Assembly: GCA_035193785.1 (NCBI GenBank)
Contig: CP136572.1
Span: forward strand, 2,452,578 to 2,516,577
Direction of reading: 5' to 3'
Origin: Planktothrix sp. GU0601_MAG3
GTDB taxonomy: Bacteria > Cyanobacteriota > Cyanobacteriia > Cyanobacteriales > Microcoleaceae
DNA length: 64,000 bases
Shown here: one piece after another, positions 55,929-64,000 of the stretch
Layout: each line of letters opens with the position of its first letter
How positions within the stretch are numbered: the first letter of the stretch is position 1
The notes under the pieces: generated by a model
Database searches by the model: none
What the model was told of the DNA's origin: nothing
The model's input: only the letters and a program-made list of their open reading frames with translations
Position numbers and translations under genes: made by a program

Positions 55929-58569
55929 ATGGTAACTTATCTCGGCCCAAAAGATATTCTGATTGATCAACCCGTTGTTTTAGTCGGAACTTATGACCCG
56001 CAAAAACATCAAACTGTGGAGGTTATTGCAGAAGATAAATATGTTTTGACCGTTGATTTTAATGTGAAAGCCGGAATTTGGTCTGTGGGTCTGGACAATG
56101 GATTTAATACCGCCGGAAAACGATGGTTAAGACTCCGGGGCAAAGATGATAATAATAATATAATTGCCGACAATGTGATTGATTTAATGGTCAATCAAGA
56201 AGGGATAAATACCCAATCTGCCTATACGCTCATTTCCCAACAAGATACGTTATTAAAAGTTCAACCTATTGATTCTTCCCAATTAAATGATCAACAAAAA
56301 CAATCCTTTAAAATCGGGGAAAATTTAGTTGTAAATACCATAGAATTAGTTAATGATCACCTCAAGTTAGAACTGCATAACCCCATACCAAATTTAGGAA
56401 AATTTGTCTATGTTTATCAACCCCATATTGTAGTTACAAAAGGCTCAAAACTCCTCTGGTTTAATCAAAATCAACTCCCGGAGCATAGTGCCGGGAATCA
56501 ACTCCTTTGGGTGACACAAACCACCTCAATAAAAATGAAACCCGATGATTTATCTCAGTTAGCACCGGATCAATTTATTGAAATGCCTCAAGGCAGTGCT
56601 TATACTATTATTGGATACGCCTGTGTTGCCGAGCATTTTCGCGTCACTCTCAATCAACAATTCCCCGGTTTTGGTCAATCTGGATATCTCTATCGCCATC
56701 ACGTTAAAATCCTAGAAAATAATCAAGAAATTACCTTTGATAATGATGCAATTACCTGCATAATTATTAATACTACACCTTTTAAAAAACGTCCGATTGA
56801 TTCAGCCTATTTAGAATCCTCCGAAAAAATTACCCTTCCGGCGGGAATGATTTATGGCATCCAAAGTTATACCTCAGAATCCGGTCATATTAAAGTGGCT
56901 TTAACCGAAAATTTTCCCAACTTTGGAAATACTGGATATTTGTATCCCGATTTTATTGCCTTGAGTCTGGGGAATCTTCCCTTAACAGTAAATAAAACCT
57001 TAACCTATCAAGGAGCAACGGAAGTTTTAGTCAATACACCAATTGTTTTAAAGGGAACTTTTGATCCTAAAAACACCGCAGAAATCACTTTATTTGCAGA
57101 AGATCGGTATGCTTTTAATATTGATTTAGACTGGGAAAAAAGCACCTGGGAAACTCAAGTAAATCAAGGATTTAGCGATGCGGGATATCGTTGGTTACGA
57201 TTAAAAGCCCTTGACTCCCAGGGGAATGTTACCGCCAGTCGGGTGATTAATATTACGGTTAGTGAAAATCCCATGACCGTTGGAGAATCCCTGATTTTAG
57301 ACATCATTGAAGATACCTTATTTAAAATTGTTCCCTTTGATTCATCTTCCTTAAATCAACATCAAAAAGTAGCAATTAAGGCAGGTCAAACCTTCAAAGT
57401 TTTAAAATATGGTTTAGTTGATGGTCATTTAAAAATTGTCTTAGACAATGCGATTCCTCCCGTTGGCAACTTTGGTTATATTTATACAAATAACTTGAGA
57501 TTGAAAAAAGGATCGGAGGTATTTCGGTTTGATATTGAGGAAGTTCCCGATACCGATGTTAATGCCCAAATGTTGGTTGTAGAAACTACAAAAATCAAAG
57601 CTCAACCCGTTGATTCTTCTAATTTAGAACCTCGACAATTTGAACAATTATTATTAGGACAGACTTTTGCTATTAAGGGTTACGCTTCAATTAAGGGGCA
57701 TTTTCGAGTCACTTTAGCCCAATCTATTCCTAATTTTGGGAAGGTGGGTTATGTCTATTGGCAGCACGTTAAATTAATTCGAGAGGGTGAACAAATTGCC
57801 TATGATCCTGATGCTATTACTTTAACAGTTTTGGAAAAAACTGTCTTGAAAAAACAGCCGATTGATTCTAGTCAACTCAAAGAAATCGACCGCACAAGTT
57901 TACCCTTGGGACGGGTTTATGGCGTAAAAAGTTATAGCCTAGAAAATAACCATATTAAGGTTTCTCTTTTAGAAGAATTGCCTAATTTTGGAAATACGGG
58001 TTATATATTTCCTCAGTATGTCAAATTCAAGCGAGGAGGACGAACTTTCAACCCCCTACCGCCGCAAGTTGAATTAAATGTACCCTACTTTTCTCAACGG
58101 GATAATCCCCGTTTTTATTGGTCTACTTGTAACGTAACTTCGATTGCCATGGTGATGTATTATTACGGCGTGCGATCAAAATGGGGCGGACAATTAGAAG
58201 ATGAATTATTGCAATGGTGTTTTAATTATGGGGGAACAGGTTTCTCAAACTGATCATAGTGTTTTGTCGGCTTTAATTCGCGCCTATGGATTTAAAAGTA
58301 GTTTTAGCACCACTCGATACTGGTCAGATTTGAAAAATGAATTGATTAATCGTCGTCCGGTTGTAATTGGTGTAGATACGACTCCATCGGGTCATATTAT
58401 AACAGTTATTGGCTATAATAGTCAGGGATATATTGTTAATGATCCTTGGGGAGATGCCTATACTGGTTATTCTAATACCGAGGGTCGGCGGATTATTTAT
58501 TCCTATGGTTATATGGATCAAGTAGCCGGGCCAGATGGTTCAGTTTGGGCTCATTTTATTCAACCTTAA
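55929..58569 (+). CDS. Large repeat protein with C-terminal C39-like peptidase (split by +1 at GTTTC 58240-58244)
   Basis: NVPYFSQRDN..TCNVTS.AM, GHII, VNDPWG catalytic motifs; duplicated N-terminal module. Confidence 0.85.
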
Positions 58570-58575
58570 TTAACT

Positions 58576-58903
58576 GTAGGGGCGGGTTCTGTAATTATTT
58601 ATCATACCCACAAATAACCTTTATAAACCCGCCCAACCCCACCATAAAAATTAAGTAACTGTAGGGGCGGGTTCTGTAATTATTTATCATACCCACAAAT
58701 AACCTTTATAAACCCGCCCAACCCCACCATTAACATTCAATTAATAAATAAAGAGGGCGGGTTTATAGAATTTTTGTGGGTATCAAAGATTAATTTGGAA
58801 CCCGCCCCTACAAACCCGCTATTAACATTTAATTAATAAATAAAGAGCGGGTTTATAGAATTTTTTTGAGGGTATCAAGAATCAATGTATAACCCGCCCC
58901 TAC
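58576..58903. repeat. Cluster of four GTAGGGGCGGGTT..AACCCGCCC REP doublets between convergent genes
   Basis: Two direct and two inverted copies; same family at ~12640, 49931, 61667. Confidence 0.85.
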
Positions 58904-58914
58904 GATGCTAATTT

Positions 58915-60427
58915 TTAGGACAAAAACAGTTTATAGGCTGGGTTTTTATTCTCATCCCAATACCGATAACCCAAGGCATCTAAAAAAACCTGCCATTCTC
59001 CCATTTCTTCGGGAGGAACCTGCATTCCCACTACAATTCTGCCATAATCTGACCCATTATTCCGATAGTGAAATAAACTAATATTCCAGTTAGGACTCAT
59101 GGAACAAACAAACTTCATTAATGCCCCTGGACGTTCGGGAAATTCAAAGCGATAGAGTAATTCATTATGGGCTAAAGCTGACCGTCCTCCGACCATGTGC
59201 CGCAGGTGTAATTTAGTTAGTTCATCATCGGTTAAATCAATAGTTTGAAATCCATTTTTCTCAAAATATTCGATTATCTGTGCCGCATCTTCCCGATTTT
59301 TAATCTGCATTCCTACGAAAATATGGGCTTCTTTTTCATCGGCAATCCGATAGTTAAACTCGGTTAAATTGCGTTTCCCAATACATTCACAAAACTTCCG
59401 CAAACTACCTGGTTCTTCGGGAATAGTTACGGCAAAAATTGCCTCCCGACGCTCTCCAAATTCTGCTCTTTCTGCCACAAATCGCAGACGGTCAAAATTC
59501 ATATTCGCCCCGCAAGCAATTGCAATTAAGGTTTCCCCCTGAATTTTTTCTCGTTCAACATAGGCTTTTGCTCCCGCTATGGCTAAGGCTCCAGCAGGTT
59601 CTAAAATAGAACGGGTATCCTCAAAAACATCTTTAATTGCTGCACAGGTATCATCCGTATCTACTAATATAATTTCATCTACATATTCTTGACATAAATG
59701 AAAGGTTTCTTCCCCCACTTCTCGCACCGCGACTCCATCGGCAAATAACCCTACTTGGGATAATTTAACTCGATGTCCGGCTTTTAAAGATTGTGACATC
59801 GCATCCGCATCAACGGGTTTCGACACCAATAATTTTAATTTCTGGGCGTAATCTTTTAATATAAGCAGCAATTCCTGAGATTAATCCTCCCCCACCAATA
59901 GCCACAAAAATAGCATGAATTGGTTGTTGATATTGGCGTAAAATTTCCATCCCAATTGTACCCTGTCCGGCAATAACATAGGGGTCATCAAAGGGGTGAA
60001 TAAAAGTTAATCCTTTTTCGATTTCGAGTTGACGGGCGTAGGCGTAGGCTTCATCAAAAGTCTCGCCATATAATATTACTTCACCCCCCCGGGCTTTGAC
60101 CGCATTAACTTTAACTTGGGGAGTGGTTACGGGCATAACAATAATTGCTTTTGTGCCTAATTTGGAAGCACCAAGAGCCACACCTTGGGCATGATTTCCC
60201 GCCGAAGCTGCTATCACTCCTTTCTTTAATAAATCGGGGGTAAGATGCGCCATTTTGTTATAGGCTCCCCGCAATTTGAAGGAGAAGACCGACTGCATAT
60301 CTTCTCGCTTCAAAAGTAGTTTATTATTCAGGCGTTTTGAGAGGTTAGGAGCGGATTCTAGGGGTGTTTCTTGGGCAACATCATAAACACGGGCGGTGAG
60401 AATTTGTACTAGGTAATCACAAAGCAT
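58915..60427 (-). CDS. ilvA: Biosynthetic threonine ammonia-lyase (split by +1 at GTTTC 59817-59821)
   Basis: [17 protein letters not shown], repaired GVEPVDA, ACT domains FPERPGAL. Confidence 0.95.
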
Positions 60428-60606
60428 GGGGTTGAAACTAGGGCAAGGAGTGAGACAAAACTATTTTACAGGATTTGGAACCATATTTTTTATTTTAATA
60501 AAAATGGGCGATCGCTTAATTTTAAATTTTCATAAAGAATTACTGATTTTTTAGCAACCTAGAGTAACATTATAGGTATCAAACAGAAGATTCAAACTCT
60601 GAATTT

Positions 60607-61525
60607 ATGGATAAATCAATTGTACAGTTGGTTGATGAACTTCCCAGCGATAATATTACGGTGAAGGTGTTGAATGCCATTGACTATTTAATGCCGGGAC
60701 AGTGGACGAATTTAGTCGGATTTGATAATAGTATCCGAACAATTACCGGGGAAACGGATGCTCAGGTGATCCAAAGAATTCGAGATCGGGCTGTGGTTTT
60801 GTATCATGATCCGAAATATGGTTATCAATCGGCGGTTTCAAATTTATCAAACCATTGATACGGCTGATATTGCCATCGCAACGGCGGCTTTAGCTAATAA
60901 AATAGGGGAAAAAATCAGTTTTCTTTCTATTTTAAGCAATATTACGCCTAAACCGGAAGTGCTTCAAAGCTTTGATTTAGCCTTAAAAATTGCGGCGGAA
61001 ATTATTGCTTTTTGTAAGTTAAATGGCATTCCCCAACCCAACCCCCAGGAATTTGTTAAAGCCCTAAATAATAACTATCAAGATGCGGCTTTAATGCGGA
61101 TGGTGGCTTTAGTTTGTTTGGATGGAATGTTACCTTTAGGCCCCAATTTTTTAAATAAAATTCATCAAACTATTGCCCAGACAGATACCACTATTCTAAC
61201 ACAAAATCCGGTATTTGCATCCTTGAGTAATTTTATTCCTGGGGGTACGCCCTCGGATAAATTGGGTTTTATTAACCAAGGATTTAATGCAGTTCAAGAT
61301 TGGATTAATAATTTAGTAACTCAAACTGGAATTACACCCGAATCAATTTTCAATGCTTTAGGAAATTGTATTCAAATTGCGGATGATAATTTAGATTTTG
61401 TCGCGGCATTTATTGATCAAAGCACTAATTATTATCAACATACGGGGATTCAAACCGTTGCACGGAAAGTGATTTTACAAGCTCAAGAATCTGTAAAATC
61501 GGAATTACCTACTACAATTAATTAA
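60607..61525 (+). CDS. Conserved hypothetical protein (split by +1 at GTTTC 60835-60839)
   Basis: Repair gives YQSAVQIYQTID; FCKLNGIP, YY.HTGIQT. Confidence 0.75.
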
Positions 61526-61734
61526 TTGTTGAGATTTTGAAACCTTAACAATAACAATTAAGCCCGCACAGGCGGGTTTATTGTTTTTTTAATCAGATTA
61601 ATTAAATCTAAGATTATTTTTACAAATCACTATCAAAAAAAGCCCTATTATTAGTTTTTAATCAAGTGGGCGGGTTTAGATAGATTTTGTATGGATATTA
61701 TAAATTTTTGTGAACCCGCCCCTACGGGGATTTA

Positions 61735-62985
61735 TTATAATAATTGTTGAGCAAAGGCGATCGCTTCTTCAATTGTGGTGATTTTTTCTTCAATTTGTCC
61801 TAACTGAATTTCTAATAATAGTTCTCCAATTTTGGGACTCGGACGGAGGTTTAATGCTTCCATTAATTCATTTCCAGTTAACAATAATTGGGGGTAAGCG
61901 ACGGGATCATTTGGGTTGAGATAACGATTAATTAAAGGAGAAAGAGCTTCGAGGGAAAACCCAGCCGCCATTGCCTTTACCATTAAAGCCGGAAATAATA
62001 TTCCTAACCCTTGGAATAAAAAATATTGTTCTCTTAAAGATAATTCTCTGGTTTTCAAGGGATGAATTTGTGATAGACCCTTGAGAATTGCTAAAACACT
62101 TTTTAATTCTATCTTACTAAATTTTAACCCTAACAACTCCCCTTCAGCCCGGGTTAAACTCTGATTGCATAAACAACTTAATTTTGCGATTCCCAAAATT
62201 GATATTTTTAAAGTTTCCCGTAATCCTTGGGATAATTCCTGGGAGAATTGGGGATAAATTTCTCCTAACTGTGTAGCAGATAAATCCATTTGGGATAATT
62301 GCTGAAACTGTTGATTAGCAGTCCGAAACCAAGGGGAAATTAAACCCAATTCCCAGATTTTTTGTATCCGGTCTGTGGCATTGGGAGTATTGAATAAATA
62401 GACTAATTCTGTGCGAATTCGTTCAACAGCAACCCGACTTAACAACGGAGCAAATGCTTGAATAGCAGCCTTGGTTTCCGCCTCAATTTCAAATCCTAAT
62501 TGAGCCGCTTGACGGTATCCCCTTAATAATCGTAACGGATCATCTTGTAAATTTTCAGGGGAAATCATTTTAATTAAACGCCGTTGTAAATCTTCTTGAC
62601 CATTATTAGGATCAATAAAAGTTTGTGTAAAGGGATCAAAAGCGATCGCATTAATTGTAAAATCCCGGCGGCGTAAATCCTGTTCTAAACTATTACCTTC
62701 AGCTTGAGCAAAGTCAACTGTTATATTTTTAAAGACAACCCGGGCAATTTGCCGTTCCGCATCCAATAATACAAAACCAGCGCCATAATATTGAGCTAGG
62801 GTTCGTGCTGTTTTCACCGCATCTTGTAACAGGACAAAATCCAAATCCAAATCCGTCACGGTGCGACCCACTAACCCATCTCGCACAGCACCCCCGACTA
62901 AATAGGCGGGTTGGGGTAATTGACTCAGTTCAAACGGCCAACGGGCGGGAGAGAAGACATCGGGTAAGGGTTTCAGACATAGCAA
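61735..62985 (-). CDS. tRNA nucleotidyltransferase (CCA/CC/A-adding)
   Basis: YLVGGAVRD, DLDF, DLRRRDFTINAIA, DDPLRLLR. Confidence 0.9.
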   Translation of the reverse strand: MLCLKPLPDVFSPARWPFELSQLPQPAYLVGGAVRDGLVGRTVTDLDLDFVLLQDAVKTARTLAQYYGAGFVLLDAERQIARVVFKNITVDFAQAEGNSLEQDLRRRDFTINAIAFDPFTQTFIDPNNGQEDLQRRLIKMISPENLQDDPLRLLRGYRQAAQLGFEIEAETKAAIQAFAPLLSRVAVERIRTELVYLFNTPNATDRIQKIWELGLISPWFRTANQQFQQLSQMDLSATQLGEIYPQFSQELSQGLRETLKISILGIAKLSCLCNQSLTRAEGELLGLKFSKIELKSVLAILKGLSQIHPLKTRELSLREQYFLFQGLGILFPALMVKAMAAGFSLEALSPLINRYLNPNDPVAYPQLLLTGNELMEALNLRPSPKIGELLLEIQLGQIEEKITTIEEAIAFAQQLL

Positions 62986-63093
62986 TAAAAATCAACGTTC
63001 ATAGTCCGTGCCAGTTTAGGGCTGCCTAAGTTAAATTAACATCAAAGGGATGGGCAATTATTTCCGCCCTGGGCAAATACAGAGGATAAAATT

Positions 63094-63345
63094 ATGTGTA
63101 TTTGTGTGAATTGTCATTATGTTGATGACTGTACCACCTACCACGCCGTAGAAACTCAGCATCAAGAACGTCATTTGACTGAAAATCCCACCTTTGAACC
63201 GACCGAACCCACCATTAATGTCAATATTCGTACCCCTAACAACCAGGATATTGAAATAGAATGGGATGTAGTCGGATGTCTGAGTTTTACATCAGAAAAG
63301 GGTAAATGGGCGAAATTACGACCCGGGGAATTAATTCCGACTTAA
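63094..63345 (+). CDS. ycf34: Ycf34
   Basis: MCICVNC.YVD.C.TYH.VE.QH, EWDVVGC. Confidence 0.9.
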   Translation: MCICVNCHYVDDCTTYHAVETQHQERHLTENPTFEPTEPTINVNIRTPNNQDIEIEWDVVGCLSFTSEKGKWAKLRPGELIPT

Positions 63346-63437
63346 TCAGTCATCAGTCATCAGTTATCAGTCATCAGTTATCAGTTATCAGTTATCAGTT
63401 ATCAGTTGAGAGTTAACAGTTGAGAGTTAACAGTTAA
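63346..63437. repeat. STRR (TCAGTCA/TCAGTTA)n
   Basis: Heptamer run after ycf34. Confidence 0.85.
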
Positions 63438-63460
63438 TAGCTTTAATCGCGGTATTAATA

Positions 63461-64000
63461 ATGAGTTATTGTTTTAATCCGAATTGTTCGAGTCCACAGA
63501 ATTATGATGATGGTAAGTTTTGTCAACATTGTGGTTCTAAATTATTACTAAGTTCTGTTTCTGATCAGGGTGAACCGATTATTTATCGAGGGATAAAACT
63601 AATTGGACAGGGGGGATTTGGTCGAACATTTTTAGCAGTTGATCAGAATCAAGCCACAACCTCCTATTGTGTGATTAAGCAATTTTTTCCTCAGAGTAGA
63701 AATACGGAAAAAGCCACGGAATTTTTTCAACAAGAAGCCGAACGATTACAAACCCTGGGACAACATCCCCAAATTCCCAAGGGTTTAGGTTATTTTCAAC
63801 AAGACGGCTATCAATATTTAGTCCAAGAGTTTATAGAAGGTAAAAATTTAGCTCAGGAATTACAAGAAAAAGGAGCTTTTGATCAAGAAAAAATTATGGT
63901 TATTTTAAAGGATTTATTGCCAGTTTTACAGTTTATTCACGAGCATAAAGTTATTCATAGAGATATTAAACCTGAAAATATTATTCGTCGGTTTGATACC
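63461..64000 (+). CDS. Ser/Thr protein kinase with N-terminal 4-Cys zinc ribbon (partial)
   Basis: MSYCFNPNC..FCQHCG, LIGQGGFGRTFLA, VIKQF, HRDIKPENII. Confidence 0.9.
   Translation, partial: MSYCFNPNCSSPQNYDDGKFCQHCGSKLLLSSVSDQGEPIIYRGIKLIGQGGFGRTFLAVDQNQATTSYCVIKQFFPQSRNTEKATEFFQQEAERLQTLGQHPQIPKGLGYFQQDGYQYLVQEFIEGKNLAQELQEKGAFDQEKIMVILKDLLPVLQFIHEHKVIHRDIKPENIIRRFDT

Noticed and set aside
2357..61525. Mass pseudogenisation or programmed frameshifting in 23 genes
   Set aside because: The set includes essential murD, and each gene has exactly one lesion at the same 4-mer with no other decay. Consensus error is far more likely.

Overview
Cyanobacterial chromosome segment, Oscillatoriales/Planktothrix-like by inference (many HIP1 GCGATCGC sites, heptameric STRRs, GTAG-REP elements). 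It carries housekeeping genes (pepA, tocopherol cyclase, selO, murD, hisA, mdh, ndhO, mutM, psaE, ilvA, cca, ycf23/34/65) and an NtcA/NtcB-controlled nirA-nrtABCD-narB cluster. Five things stand out. (1) 23 split genes are each repaired by deleting one base from a GAAAC/GTTTC, i.e. original GAAC/GTTC, which is the known phosphorothioate (Dnd) motif; this looks like a DNA-modification footprint in the consensus sequence rather than real pseudogenes. (2) A heavily deleted type V-K CRISPR-associated transposon (43.9-49.8 kb) retains Tn7-like ends, a homing mini-crRNA, and cas12k and tniQ remnants, with an apparently intact Dcm-Z1-PD(D/E)XK defence cargo. (3) A collapsed type I-D CRISPR locus has intact cas6, a csc1 pseudogene and a two-repeat array invaded by a tandem REP-like element just upstream of murD. 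(4) NrtD reads through into a ~370-aa membrane-anchored Ser/Thr/Pro-rich extension. (5) An IS605-type element has intact tnpB and an internally deleted tnpA. All family assignments are from motif recognition; no database search was run.
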